From: Novakomyces olei
Lineage: Eukaryota
Assembly: GCA_016906335.1 (NCBI GenBank)
Contig: JADEYG010000002.1
Span: forward strand, 1,240,001 to 1,304,000
Direction: 5' to 3'
DNA: 64,000 nucleotides
Positions within the stretch are counted from its first letter, which is position 1. Each line of letters opens with the position of its first letter. Made by a program: the position numbers and the translations under genes. The notes under the pieces are model-generated. The model ran no database searches. It saw only the letters and a program-made list of their open reading frames with translations, and was not told the origin of the DNA. Positions 13,097-28,318 of the stretch are shown piece after piece.

Positions 13097-13581
13097 TGTC
13101 CAATGGGATTAGACCATTCCGGTTGTCGTGTTTGTGCCGTCGAATAATTTGGTATGACACAATTATTATATACCGTCTCGATAATCATATTATTCATCAT
13201 TATTCATAATTAGTATTTGTTACATTAATATAATGGGACTACACACATTTTTGCACACAATTAATTCGTTGATTAATCAATTTGTTTCTAATTGATAGCA
13301 GTTAAAAAGAGTTAATTTCTTTCCATTGGGTTTGCTTTAGACTAGCGTAAACTCGGCCCAAAGGTGGGGGGAAAGGATCCTACAATTTTGTATAATACGC
13401 TTTCCAGCAGAGATTTTATCGTGACCCGGTGACTCGTTTACCTGAAAGTCAAACGTCTAAAATGTACCTATACTGTCCACATCTCGGTCGTTTTGTTTGC
13501 GGTTCTCATAAACAGCTTTGTCTGGAAAGCAAGATCTATAGCATCTTTTCAATAATGATGTGCGTTTGATCAAACCAACTC

Positions 13582-14909
13582 TTAATCCACATCATTAACA
13601 AGCTTTCTTAGCAAAGGCGCAATCTTTTTCCTGCTCTTGTTCAAATCCTCTTGCTGCCAAACCCATCTCCACACACCATGCCTCTCTTCATTGGCCACAG
13701 ACGATGTCAGCGAATGGTCATGCAATTGCAAATCTTGCTCTAAACCTTCTATTATCTTGGCATGAGCATTTATACACTTGCCGTCCTGCATTGAAACAAG
13801 TATTTCGCGATGGAACCCATTAGTGTCTCGAAAAGCTGTAGTAATCGCGTAAACAGCAAGATTTCTAAATGCGACAAATTCGGAGACTGTATTAAAAAAT
13901 TCTTTTAATTTCGCGCTAGTCTCATGCCCATCCGCGCGTGAAATTAAATACTCAATCGGCTTGACTACCGAGCTAATGCCAATTAGCCGGCCATTTGACT
14001 CTGTCCACTGCTTGTAGTCCTTTTTCAAAATGTCTGATAGCGAAAGGGCATCAAGGTCGCTTTTTGCGGTGTCAACCATTGAAAAGTATGACGCTCTCTC
14101 GTATTGATTGCGTGAAATATTAAGCTTACTCTCTAAATACGTGACTGCCTCCGTATCCTGTTGAGTGACCTTTTCTGGAGACATGTTTGCCGTATCGATC
14201 AATATGGCACTGAGAGCAAAAAGTGCGAGTCCTCTATTCATAGACTCGGCGTCTTTAACAGCAGTCCCCCCAGAGGTACCGGACCAATCCGTTGATATTC
14301 GATCCCACAAAGGCCGACAGTAGTTAACCACTAGACTCGAGCAGCTGCCTGAGTGTTCAATGATACGCGGGTACGGTGCTGTATTCAAGGGCACTCTATG
14401 CTCATCCACATGATGGTCAATTACCCCACAGACACGGTCCCCGTAAATTTTATCAAAGCTACGATCAAGCACATTGTGGTCGACCAGTATCCATTGCGTA
14501 TTTTCTGGAGGCAATTCTAATGCCAGCTTGTTCTCGGGAGGCAAATCGTCCAAGGTTATAAGATCGTGTGCATCAATGCCCGCTTGTTCAAGCGCCACTG
14601 CGAATTCAGGGCGCAAACCAATCTCCTTTGCCGGAATGTTTACTACAGGAGTATACAATTCTGAAAAACACGATGCAGACTGAGTCGATGTCGGGACGGA
14701 AGAGCGTAAATATGCAAAAACGTTGGCAGAAACCATAGAGTCGAGGTCTGACTGATGAGCATGTTTGCCAAAGCAGGGACGAGGAAGAATTACGTACCCG
14801 ACGATTCGTTTCCAATCACCAGTCTTACAGGAAGACGGTGCTTAATATCGTGCTGCAAGCGGCTTCGACATTTACGCAAAAAGGCTTTTAGCGAAATGTA
14901 CGAGGACAT
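13582..14909 (-). CDS. PPX1: Exopolyphosphatase, DHH family, spliced
   Basis: VIGNESS|DLDS across a short intron, LVDHN, GVIDHH, SGSCSSLV, ILIDTANM, ILKKDYKQW, SRK..APL. Confidence 0.92.
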
Positions 14910-15002
14910 TCGCGCACTGATGCAGGCCGACGGTAGAAGCCTTACCGCAGCAATGCCGTCATCGTCAAATAATAATAATAATAATTAATTCTATTTAATC
15001 AT

Positions 15003-15310
15003 ATTAGAATAATTAGAATAATTAGAATAATTAGAATAATCAGAATAATTAGAATAATCAGAATAATTAGAATAATTAGAATAATTAGAATAATTAGAAT
15101 AATTAGAATAATCAGAATAATTAGAATAATTAGAATAATCAGAATAATTAGAATAATTAGAATAATTAGAATAATTAGAATAATTAGAATAATTAGAATA
15201 ATTAGAATAATTAGAATAATTAGAATAATTAGAATAATTAGAATAATTAGAATAATTAGAATAATTAGAATAATTAGAATAATTAGAATAATTAGAATAA
15301 TTAGAATAAT
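15003..15310. repeat. 9-bp minisatellite (TTAGAATAA)n with TCAGAATAA variants
   Basis: Read directly; lies between the divergent PPX1 and BCK1 start codons. Confidence 0.97.
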
Positions 15311-15471
15311 ATACCAATTATTTAATTATTTAATTATACATATATTACCGTGGTAATATAACTCTAACCTTTATTGTCGTTCATATTACAAGGGCCCCCC
15401 CAAGCGTCTTGGCTCCAAGGCCAGCACATCATGCAATTGCACCCTGCTAGACTAGCATGTAGAGTCGGCAA

Positions 15472-18400
15472 ATGACGGCGCGACGCATTGGCCGGCGCCC
15501 GGTGTCGTCACTGGCCTTTTCAGGTGGCGAAACTTATACGAGCGACAGTAACGAGCTGTTTGTAGCGGTGGCAGATCCTCCGCCAGAGCTGCTTCAGGAT
15601 ATACCCATAGAGGGCACTGCTGCTCATTCTGTTGTCAGGCGGCCTTTGCCTGGTAGCACTGGGCCTTACCCGGACTTTCGCACTCCGCAGAGGCCGAGGG
15701 CGAACACGTCCTCGGGTATTCTGGACGAGCCGGGCTCGTCTCTCCATAGGTATGGCAGTCCCCGTGTTGCAAGCAATAGCTATGCCTGGAGTAAGGCAGG
15801 AGAAAGGGTAGACTCGAACCCGACGGGTCAAAGAAACGTTTCTGGCCGGTCTGACCAGAGTGTGGAGAGCTACCATACAGCACCAATGCCCGTGTACGAT
15901 ATGAGGGGAAGAAGAAGCACAGACCATACACGCAGTTCTAGTGCCAATGAGCCCAAAACGCTACGCGCTCCTGAGCGCACGACTGAGGACGCTGCTGCGT
16001 ACTGGAAGGCGTTGCGAGCCAAACTGGAAGGCCGTGGAAGGTTGGGCAATGCGAAACAGAGTGCTGATTTGTTAAAACCCGAAGAGGCGAACAGGGAATT
16101 GGAGGCATCAAACGAGCCTGTCTCCCCTTATGCCACGAACGCGGACGCTTCTGCCCTGAATAAGATTGAAAAGGAGCGAGATCAAGAACATGGTACTGTG
16201 CGCGACTTTGAAAGCAGACTCAATTTAAACGATCCTGACAATAACGACGATGAAATGATGAGCAGCAGTGTGGGCAATATAGTGGGAAGGACGCAGAATG
16301 CACCCATGCAGCTTAGCGTCGAAGGTGCTACGGGCGCGTGGCCATTGAACGATACTCTCCGCTTCTTGGAAGCCCACGGGCTTGGCTCCGAGTGGGCAAC
16401 CGCCTTCACTGAACAAAATATTACTGGAGACAGATTCAAAGCGCTCGTAAGTTACCCTAATGCGCGGCGACTGGCCATGACTGTTCCCGGAGGCTCTCAT
16501 CAGGGCATTCGGCTGTGCAACAGTGTTCGTAAAGCCGTAGAGCCGGCGTCGGTTTCGGCACTAGAACCCAATATTGTTCCTAGAAAACCCGTGCAACTGA
16601 CTAATCTGGCCGCCTACCGATCCCAAGAAATGGAACCGTCTCAAACAATGGCATCTAGCCGTAAGACTTCCTCCGTTTCCGGTGATGAAGATAGTCTACG
16701 GGACCAACGGAGCCTGAGCGATGACGTAAAGCAGTTTGTGCCCAAAAGGCAGGCACAGGGGTCTGGCAACTCGATGACTGGAACGCACATGTACAATTTT
16801 TCTGATTCTTTTACGTTATCTTCACAGGATCTGCATAGTCCAACCATCCCAGCGTATTGCGGGAGTCTGGCAAGTCCAGGGGCAGATGTACGGTTGCATA
16901 GTGTTGCACCTTCCAAGAAAAACTCAGTTGAGTCTACTACCTCAACCGAATACTTTGCTGCGCCTACTCGAGCAGTTCTGGACTCTCAGCCTTTTACACT
17001 GTCTCCAGTGTCAACAAGAAGCAGCGAGGTTCTTGGTCACGACCCTCAGTCTCAAGGTCAGGCCCAAGGCTTGGATGACACGAAGTCGGCTTTGGCTTCG
17101 CGGGACAATAAGAAACAAAAACGGAGCTCTCTTTTGTTCAAAAAGTTTCGTTTACCAAAACTGTCAGCTATCGATACCAGTATTTCGCCAGCCAAACCTG
17201 GTTCGCCGTCTGAGGATGGCGTGAAAAAGGATATGGGACAAAAGCTGGGGCTGAAAAAGTACTTTAGAGAGTCAGTTTCTCCCGCTACTACCACCCCATC
17301 GCTACGATCACGGGATGCCGCTTCCCGGGACAAAGAGAGCTCGCCTGCTGCTTCAGCACCAGGCGTCGATTCTCCGATTTCGAGTGTTTCAAAGTCGGAT
17401 ACATGGATACCCATCCCCAGGAACCCTGTGATTTGCCGGTCCGAGCGGTCTCATCAACGATGTATTCTAGTCACTAGTGATAATGAAAACTACAAGCTCT
17501 TGGATATTAGTCGGGTGCCAAACGGTGCAGAGCTACGGCATGTTATTGAAAGGAGCCTGGCGCAGGCAAAGGGATCGTTCGGAGGCTCTCATTGCCAAAT
17601 ATTCGTGACTGACTTGGGCGGTGCTGACCATGTGGAACCGTTGGATGATGAGCGACTAGGCTGCCTTATAAATTATGCAGAACGGACAGCTTCAATAAAG
17701 CTTTTTGTTGCTGGTCCGTCTGCTTCGAGTGCTATAGTATCCAGTCCGAGATCAGCCGTATCGCTTAATGCCACTTCTGCAACTTGGACGGCTAGAACCG
17801 AAGATGTAGCACATTTTCCCGGCGAAAACGGGGCAGAGAAAGGTGAAGAAGATTCTGCGTTCCAAGAAAATCGTGTTGCATCTTTTGAGGGAGCCCCAGG
17901 TTTCGAGGATTCTGACGACGACAACGAAGGATCTATGTGGGCTGTGAAACCGCGCGATTTTACAGATAGCAAATCAAACACGGGCTACGAAAGCAGTCCC
18001 TCAAGTGCCCAAAACCGTCGCAAAAACGATGAATATACGGACGGGGACGATCGTCATGGGCTTAAATCGCCTTTACCGGGCAGAACTACCCCTATCGACT
18101 CTGTTTCTCCCGGTGGGTATGCAGTGCAAAAATCGGCTCCACACCCGAATGATAATGGAAGCACTGGTCCTTCCCGACAGAAATCGTTTGCCAAGCATTC
18201 GCAAAAATGGATTACTCGCCCGGATACTCAAATATTGTACGATAATCTGGAGGAGTTCTTCCCTAATCATGATCTGGACAAGCCTATTATCGATGAGAAT
18301 GAAGATTTAGCGGCAACAAGCGCAGAATCGTTGTTGACAGCTCCGCCACAAGGTGCTAAAAGACTACAACGCCGGTCTATGGCAGATATCCATCCAACGG

Positions 18401-19966
18401 TTCGTGAAGGAACTACTTTACCCAAGCAAAAGCGGCTAAAATCAATCCGCCATGTGGCTAAAGAGGCTGCTGATATGCGAAAGAAGCTCATCTCTCGTAC
18501 CAGTGCGCATTCTTCCGAGTCACAAGTCCATTTGCTAAGGCGCCGGAGCACAAAGGTATGGGGCAGCAAGGTTGTAGAAATGAAACCTGGACGAAATGGG
18601 ATGGAAGTTTTCGAAGAGGACAGTAACCCTACAAGGAGACGTAAGTTGTCAAAACTGTAATTATCAATAATATGATTTTTTTAATAATTATAATTATTAT
18701 TACTATTATTATTATAATCCGTTGCATGGATGAATGCTGATTGTCCAGCTACGTTTAAATGGGTCCGAGGTGAATTGATTGGTAAAGGGACGTATGGTCG
18801 AGTATACTTGGGCATGAATGTCAATACTGGTGATTTGCTGGCGGTCAAGCAAGTTGACGTGCCCCGTATTTCAAAGAATGCCAGGGACATTGAAGATAAA
18901 CGATTCGAAGTTTTGAACGCGGAAATTGAAAACATGAAAGATTTGGAGCATTTGAATATTGTGCAGTATTTAGGTAAAGTAAAGGCAGCACAAAATAATA
19001 TACGGAACATTCATTTACTTCTTTTTTTTCATAATTATACTTACTCTTATGGTTATTTTTCATTAATTTTTTATTCGTGTAATTTTTTCTTTTTTATTCC
19101 TTTATTGACTTTATTTAGGCTTTGAGCGTACGCCTGGGTCGTTGAGCATTTTTCTCGAGTATGTTCCCGGCGGTTCGGTGGGAAGGTGCTTGAAGAAATA
19201 TGGCAAATTTGAGGAGCCACTTATCCGATTTTTGACCAGACAAACACTTGAAGCTCTGGCCTATCTGCATTCGCGCGGCATACTTCATCGAGATCTAAAG
19301 GCAGACAATCTTCTACTTGACTTGGATGGCGTTTGCAAAATATCTGATTTTGGCATATCTAAACGGAGTGGTAAGTGCTGAACGAGCTTGAAATTTCACG
19401 TAATTTTTATGGAATATACACGATAGTGTTCGGATTACAGGTTTTTCCCTCTTGCTAGTTAGCTTGCTTACTTTGTTTACCTCCTCTTTGATTTGTTTGT
19501 TTCTTGGCTTTCGGATTGTTTGACTTTTTTCCCAAAACAAGTTGCTAATTCAACAGCCGATCCTTACGGAAATGACGAAAACATGTCCATGCAGGGTACG
19601 ATATTCTGGATGGCTCCAGAAGTCGTTCAGAACAAAAAGCAAGGCTACAGTGCCAAGATTGATATTTGGTCTCTTGGCTGCGTTGTATTGGAAATGTTTG
19701 CCGGCCGTCGGCCTTGGTCGAATGACGAGGCAATCGGTGCTTTGTTCAAGCTAGGCAGCGAGCGATTAGCACCACCGATTCCAGAAGACGTTGCTATGGA
19801 CATGTCACCAATCGCCCGTGATTTTTTAAACCAATGCTTCATGATTAAACCGGAGAAAAGGCCAACGGCTGAAGTGCTTCTACAGCATCCTTTTGCAAGG
19901 GCCAATTCGTCTTTCAAGTTTGGCGACTGCAGTCTTGCAAAGCTAACTAGCGGTAGTAGTACATGA
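15472..19966 (+). CDS. BCK1: Cell-wall-integrity MAP kinase kinase kinase (Bck1/Mkh1), spliced
   Basis: Kinase motifs [49 protein letters not shown]. Bck1-typical W..RP....[18 protein letters not shown] and [14 protein letters not shown]-like N-terminal segment. Confidence 0.93.
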
Positions 19967-20115
19967 TGCAATTAAGCGTATTGGGTTGCATTGTTTTTAT
20001 TTGTTCTGACTGGTCTTTGTCTGCGATTTCCTATGAAATTTACTTTGATTACAATGCCGTTCTTTTTCCCTTGATTTACCAAGTCTGCTTTGCTAAATTT
20101 CAATGTTACTGGCAT

Positions 20116-20196
20116 ATAAATAAATAAATAAATTAATTATTTATTTATTTATTTATTTATTTGTTTATTTATTTATTTATTTATTGATTTATTGAT

Positions 20197-20259
<63 letters not shown>

Positions 20260-20642
20260 TTGATTTATTGATTTATTGATTTATTGATTTATTGATTTAT
20301 TGATTTATTGATTTATTGATTTATTGATTTATTGATTTATTGATTTATTGATTTATTGATTTATTGATTTATTGATTTATTGATTTATTGATTTATTGAT
20401 TTATTGATTTATTGATTTATTGATTTATTGATTTATTGATTTATTGATTTATTGATTTATTGATTTATTGATTTATTGATTTATTGATTTATTGATTTAT
20501 TGATTAATTGATTAATTGATTTATTGATTTATTGATTTATTGATTTATTGATTTATTGATTTATTGATTTATTGATTTATTGATTTATTGATTTATTGAT
20601 TTATTGATTAATTGATTAATTGATTAATTGATTAATTGATTA
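20116..20642. repeat. Compound satellite (TTTA)n -> (TTTATTGA)n -> (TTAATTGA)n, about 525 bp
   Basis: Read directly; intergenic between the BCK1 3' end and the CMK promoter. Confidence 0.97.
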
Positions 20643-20927
20643 CATAGAGTTTATTGATGGCGTTTGACGGCTGTTGCACGCCCTATATAAAGGAATGAAA
20701 TTAAGTGTTAATAGTGTATGAATTTTCGGTGATAATTGTAACGTGTATATGCCTGAACTTTTATATATTAAAGCTTATTTTTGCCGGTACTCCTACAAAT
20801 TATAGGGGGCAGAACCCTCATCCATTGGAACCCTTAGCATTAGTTCCGTGTATAAAATTCCCGATATAACTGAAAACAAATAAATTGCTGGGGTAAAGAA
20901 AGACTTCGCTCGACGCGAAAGCCGGTC

Positions 20928-22506
<1,579 letters not shown>

Positions 22507-22914
22507 TCTTTGGTTTCGAAGTTTTATTAGTCGCTTAATATAAAGGCTTTTATAATGAATTCAAATATCAAAAGTATTCTATATATTTTGCTCTCTAATT
22601 TTGGTCTTACACCAAGTGGAGAATGGTATAATACAAACTGTGACAGCATGTTCATTTTATGCGGCCGACGGTCATTAGACTCAATCTAATCTAAATAAAG
22701 TCAAAGAGCTTTAGAGCAATGGTAGATTAAAAGGCAGTTGAAAAATACGACTGGCCCATCGCCCATCTTACACCTCATTATTGTTGATTTATTATGCATA
22801 ACCAATCGTGCTCAAAATAGCTTATCTGTCAAATATAATATATATGAAAATAAATAAATGAAAATAAAAGACGTAATTGATAGAGAATAAATTTTGTATG
22901 AGTACTGGCTTATC

Positions 22915-25123
22915 ATGCCCAAGGCTAGGAAAGAACGTGGCCGGCGACGGCAAGAAACTTTTGATCATGAAGAGCCACAGGAAGTTTCTGCGCCTGATGA
23001 AAACGTTACACATCCTTTGTTGGCACGGGAGTCTCAGGATTTAGCGGACAGCAATGGCCAGAGCGAATATGTCGCTCCATACTTTGGCAGCCTTAGTCTT
23101 GACGAAGAGGCCTACTTTCGCAATGTCACGAGCCTATTAGAAGCACAAAACTTTTCATCTTCAGATGGTATTGTCACACTCTATTTTTCTTTTCTTTTCT
23201 TTTTGAGCAGGCTAACAGACTTACAGAAATGCAAATGCTTGTATCTCAAACTTTTAACGAATGCAGGGGTGACAAGCTTCTAAAAGCTGTTGTAAATCCG
23301 TTTGGTTCCAGGGCGCTTGAACTTTGTGTGGAGAATGGAGACGCTTCTATCTGTAAAACGTTTTTAAAAGATTTGAACGGCCAGTATGATTTTAAGTTTC
23401 TTTTTTTCAATTTCTCTCATTTTTATTCATCTTTTTCCTTATTTTTTCTTGTTTTGTTGTATGTTTTTGAATGTGTTTTGACTTGGCAGATATGAGATTA
23501 TATTGATGGACATGTTTGGCTCTCGGGTCATGGAAGCTATATTTAGGCGATTACCGTCCCTTCTCGAGTTAGAAAGTCAGGGCCATGAAACTACGGTAGA
23601 CGAGACAGACGAGTATGTTTCATTGGAAAGTATTGTGCTTTATGTCTGCAACGTAAGCTTTGGCTCTATCGTACCGTGTGCTGACTTGATTTAGGAAATA
23701 GTCCCAAATTTTAAAACTCTTATTTTTCACAAAAATGCCTCTCATGCCCTGCGCTCCCTTATATTTGTCCTCGAGGGCAGAGACCCAAGCGAGCAGAAAT
23801 CAAAAGCTAGTGTCTCAGAGGGTAAAAAGATGTCATTTACTCCATTTGCATCATTTTCAAAGATGCTTCGCTCCTTGTATCAAGAGTTTTGCAAGAGCTC
23901 TCTGGCAGAAATACGAAACTTAGCTTTAGACCCCAAAGGCAATCCTGTTCTGCAACTTTTGCTAGATTACGAGATGACTTTAGGCCCATATGAAAACGAG
24001 AGTTCCTTGTACAAAAAGTTGCTTCCACAAAATGATGAGGACACGTCTTTCACGGCAACGTTAATAAGAGACAGCGTCGGTTCTCATCTTATGGAGCAAA
24101 TTGTGAAAGTCATGCCTGAAAAGCAGCTTGCACAATTGTGCAAATCGAGCTTTGAAACAAAATACTTACGATTAGCTAAGCACCCAATTGCAAATTATGT
24201 TGTGCAAGCAATCCTAAAGCACAATGATGCGGAACTGTTTTTGCCCGCTATTGCCTCTGAGCTTTTACCGCAAGTTGGCATTCTATTAGGCTCGAGTCAA
24301 CGAGATTTGGTGGTTGTTCTCGGCCAGGCGTGCCGCAAAGACCAAAAATTGGCTGTAAACTTTTCACAGGCATTGCTTTCCTTTGCCAGTGCTCAAGTGA
24401 AGCTCTCGTTTCCAGATTTTGTTCGGCTAGCGCTTTACGCTTCGCCAGCTGAATTTAGAACAGACGCGCGTGATATGAAACAGAACCAAGCAATTACTCT
24501 CGTAACAGCGCTGCTCAAATGTGGCCAGCATACGAAATTAATAATAGAAGGGTAAGATTTGAAAATAAAGAAGACTGCTGACTTTTTCAAGAGTGGGAAA
24601 GGGCACCAGCGAACAAATTTTTGAAGCATGCGTAGATCAAAGCAAAACGCATTTAATGCAGAATATTTTGCGTTTGGATATGTCGAAAATTGAGCGGAAA
24701 AAGATCCTGAATAGCTTCACAGGGCTATATTCGCGCCTGGCTACAAATTTTGTTGGCAGTTTTGTGATTGATGCATGCTGGGCTGCAGCAGACGATTTAA
24801 TGCTTTTAAAAGAAAGAATTCTGACGGAGCTTTATGCTGCTCGCTCAGAATTACGACAGGATTATTATGGCAATATTATTCTTCGGAAATACAAGGTGGA
24901 ATTGTTTGGTCGAAAAAAACACGAGTGGTCGAAATGGGCAAAGGAGTACACTGGAAACTCTTCAGTCTCTGGCAATGAGATTCATAACCGGTCTTTTGTT
25001 GGCGCTGATACTGCCAGTAAAACGGGCAATCTAGACAATAAAGACCGGCATCATGAAACTAAAAGGCAGCGGGTCGACAATGTAGATGACGAAATCGATG
25101 ACATATTCTCTGGCATTGCCTAA
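22915..25123 (+). CDS. NOP9: Nucleolar Pumilio-like repeat protein Nop9, spliced
   Basis: MPKARKERGRR start; PYFGSL..E.AYF; GSRALE; GSRVMEAI; DSVGSHLME; KHPIANYVVQ; GSFVIDACW..LKERI..EL. Confidence 0.88.
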
Positions 25124-25400
25124 TTACTGATTCTTTTGTTGTTTTTTAATTATCATCAATTGCGACCGTGTACATATTGATACCAGTCATGATACATTGA
25201 GTATGCAAACTGAAAAGGAACAAACTACCCGGTGTTGAAATAGTTTATGTTTTGGTTAATCATACTGAACGATTGATGAAGATCATTCGTCCTTGTTTTT
25301 GTCCAACTCTACCATTTTCTCTAATAGACTTCATACATATGGGCCACATAAGCTCATAGCCATATATATAATCTCAAAGACCTATGTTAGGCCTATGGTC

Positions 25401-25413
25401 AGGGTTAGGGTTA
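25401..25413. promoter_or_regulatory. Telo-box AGGGTTAGGGTTA about 95 bp upstream of the IF2mt ATG
   Basis: Two TTAGGG-type units in the promoter; function inferred from Tbf1/Teb1-type binding sites. Confidence 0.5.
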
Positions 25414-25508
25414 ATATTATAATGTAGTCTAATTTAATTATGTTTATATTGCTCTAATTTAAAAAAAAAATTGTAGTTGCTCGTGCAATTCTGCAACTAC
25501 GCCAACTT

Positions 25509-28286
25509 ATGCTACCGGCATGGAGGAGACGATTGAGCCTTGCCGGTTCCAGTGGACGCAAATGCTTTGGCAATCTTATATCTGCAAAGCCAATTAGCAC
25601 TACGAGTAAGCAGAATAACGAATACGATCCTTTAGGTAAATGGAAAGTATCGCGTCGGCCGCGGAATAAAGAAGCGCCCTCGCTGGACAATTTTCGTTTA
25701 AAGCCTGGTCAGGCAGGAGCGAGGGCTCAAGAAAAATCGGCCTCACATGTGAGGCCACAAGCGCCTCGTCCGTATCGCGAGGCGGGACTGGACGAGCGCA
25801 GCCGTTTGGCTCACCACCGATCGTCGGGCCGTGGTAAGCCTGATCAGGGTGATAATCGCAGTAGATTCGGCCCTAATCAGAGCAGCCGGTTTGGCAAATT
25901 TGACGATCGGCAGCGTGCAAGTGGCTTAAATTCCTTTGCTCATCAAATTGAGCCTCGAAGGCGAACCGGCGTGGACAATAATGTCTCGCGAAACAGGCAA
26001 GGACAAGACGGACACCGGTCCGGCCAGAGACCTGTGCCAAGTCTCACTAGTCGCCTGCAAAGGCAGAGCACGAGACCCGCAGAAACTGTGCAGGCGGAGC
26101 CGAGGGAACGGCCTCGCCAAGAAGACAGTGGTCGCCAAGACAGTGGTCGCCAAGACAGTGGTCTTACAAGCCCGCTGGAGGAAGATTACGGTATAGCCGA
26201 CTTTGATGATACGGCTTCGTCTTCAAAACTATCTCAGCGCAGACGCAAATCTAAAAGAGCCCCGAACTTTGGCGGGAAACTTGCCGCTGATCATGACAAG
26301 AGGGATGACGATGATGACGCGGCGCTACTCAGGGCTCTCGCTAACCCCACACAAGGATCCAATCTGCACTCTGGCAAATCGGGCACAAGCAAGTCCTTTC
26401 CTGCCTCTCCCACAAAGCCCGCAGTAGTGCGTCGAGCTGTGGCGAAAAAGAAGAGGCCGTCTATCTACATTCCCAGCAATATTAGTATTGCCAATCTGTC
26501 CCGAGTGCTAAAAATCAAGCTTCCCTCCTTGACCCGGGCGCTACTCAACCTTGGTTTCCAGCATGTTGAGTATGATTATATTCTTACTTCAGAGGAGGCC
26601 AATCTGATTGCGGCCGAGTTTAATTTTGATATAGCTGAAGCGCAATCTGACGACGCTGTTGACCTGTTTCCTCAGCCAAAGACGGGTGTTTCACCAGAGC
26701 AGATGGCCTCGTGGCCCTTACGGCCGCCTATTGTGACTATTATGGGCCATGTCGACCACGGCAAGACAACGCTGTTGGACAAGCTGCGAAGTGCTTCAGT
26801 AGCAGCTACGGAAGCTGGTGGAATAACTCAGCATATTGGTGCCTTTTCTGTAGACCTGCCCTCTGGCTGGGGACGGATTACGTTCCTCGACACACCTGGC
26901 CATTCTGCCTTTGAGTCTATGAGGGAAAGGGGCGCAATGGTAACGGATATAGTGGTCCTTGTTGTGGCAGCGGATGATGGAGTCATGCCTCAGACGGTAG
27001 AGGCCATTAAGCATATAAAGACGGCACAGGTCAGTATGATTGTGGCCATAACCAAAATCGACCGGCTAGAGGCAGACGTTGACCGGGTTAAAAGGTCACT
27101 GATGGAGCATGAAATTGCAGTAGAAGACTTTGGTGGGGACGTGCAGTGTGTACTCGTGTCTGGTGTAACTGGGCAAGGCATCTCGGAACTGGAGACGGCC
27201 ATTGTTACACAGGCCGAAGTCCTGGATATCCGTAGCCCCATTGACGAGCCCGCTGAGGGCTACGTCATAGAATCCTCCAAGGATAAGGGACTCGGGGCTC
27301 ATGCTACGGTTGTTGTTAAAAGAGGAACGCTGAAACGGGGCTCCTGTATTGTTGCAGGCGACAAGTTTTGCCGGGTTCGATTGCTCAAGGACGACGCTGG
27401 CAATTCTCTGGCGCAAGTGCTGCCTGGAAGTGCCGCTGAAGTTGTTGGCTGGAGTGTGCCTCCGGACGCTGGTGATGAAGTGCTTGAAGCTGTGGATGAG
27501 GAGCAGATGAAGGCGGTGGTAAAGACACGGGCCTTAAGGGCAGCAGAGCTGGAAGATTTGAAGGAAGTAGCGCTGCTGAACAAGAAGCGGCAGGAAACGA
27601 GGGAGCGAGAGAAGGAAATGGAGACTGCCTCTGATCCTTCTTCTGTACCGAGCCCAGAGGCAGCGCGGCTTTACCTTGTCATTAAAGCCGATGTGCGTGG
27701 TTCAGCAGAGGCAGTAGTGAATGCTGTTTCTGCTATTGGGGCCGATGGTGTCTTTGCCCATGTCCTGTCGGCAGAGACGGGCGAAGTGAGCGAGACGGAT
27801 GTGTCGAGGGCGCAAATTGCGGATGGCAAGATAATAGCGTTCAATACTCCAGTGAGCCGGGAAGTAGCGCATTTGGCCAAAGAAGCTAAAGTCGAAATTA
27901 TGGCCCATTCCATCATTTACCGCGTGATTGAGGATGTGAAAAGAGGCGTTGCCAACCTTTTGCCCCCGATTATAGAGAAGCGGGTCGTTGGGGAGGCGGA
28001 TATACTCAAGATTTTCCCTATAAACGTGGACAAAAAAGTGGTCAAAAACATTGCTGGTTGCCGGATAACAAATGGCGATATTCGTCAGTCCGACAAGGCG
28101 CGTGTACTGCGCAACGGCGAGGAGATTTGGTCCGGAGACCTGCAGTCTATTAGGCACCACAAGAAGATTGTACAGGAAATGAAAAAGGGGCAAGAGTGTG
28201 GTGTTGGACTGGACGGATTTGAAGGGTTTGCCGAGGGCGATCGTCTACAAACGTTCCAGGAACAAGTCAGGCCCAGGAGCCTCTAG
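25509..28286 (+). CDS. IFM1: Mitochondrial translation initiation factor IF-2
   Basis: [71 protein letters not shown]. Arg-rich N-terminal presequence; intronless. Confidence 0.95.
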   Translation: MLPAWRRRLSLAGSSGRKCFGNLISAKPISTTSKQNNEYDPLGKWKVSRRPRNKEAPSLDNFRLKPGQAGARAQEKSASHVRPQAPRPYREAGLDERSRLAHHRSSGRGKPDQGDNRSRFGPNQSSRFGKFDDRQRASGLNSFAHQIEPRRRTGVDNNVSRNRQGQDGHRSGQRPVPSLTSRLQRQSTRPAETVQAEPRERPRQEDSGRQDSGRQDSGLTSPLEEDYGIADFDDTASSSKLSQRRRKSKRAPNFGGKLAADHDKRDDDDDAALLRALANPTQGSNLHSGKSGTSKSFPASPTKPAVVRRAVAKKKRPSIYIPSNISIANLSRVLKIKLPSLTRALLNLGFQHVEYDYILTSEEANLIAAEFNFDIAEAQSDDAVDLFPQPKTGVSPEQMASWPLRPPIVTIMGHVDHGKTTLLDKLRSASVAATEAGGITQHIGAFSVDLPSGWGRITFLDTPGHSAFESMRERGAMVTDIVVLVVAADDGVMPQTVEAIKHIKTAQVSMIVAITKIDRLEADVDRVKRSLMEHEIAVEDFGGDVQCVLVSGVTGQGISELETAIVTQAEVLDIRSPIDEPAEGYVIESSKDKGLGAHATVVVKRGTLKRGSCIVAGDKFCRVRLLKDDAGNSLAQVLPGSAAEVVGWSVPPDAGDEVLEAVDEEQMKAVVKTRALRAAELEDLKEVALLNKKRQETREREKEMETASDPSSVPSPEAARLYLVIKADVRGSAEAVVNAVSAIGADGVFAHVLSAETGEVSETDVSRAQIADGKIIAFNTPVSREVAHLAKEAKVEIMAHSIIYRVIEDVKRGVANLLPPIIEKRVVGEADILKIFPINVDKKVVKNIAGCRITNGDIRQSDKARVLRNGEEIWSGDLQSIRHHKKIVQEMKKGQECGVGLDGFEGFAEGDRLQTFQEQVRPRSL

Positions 28287-28318
28287 TGTAATGTAGCAGT
28301 ATTTAACATTAAAAAGTC

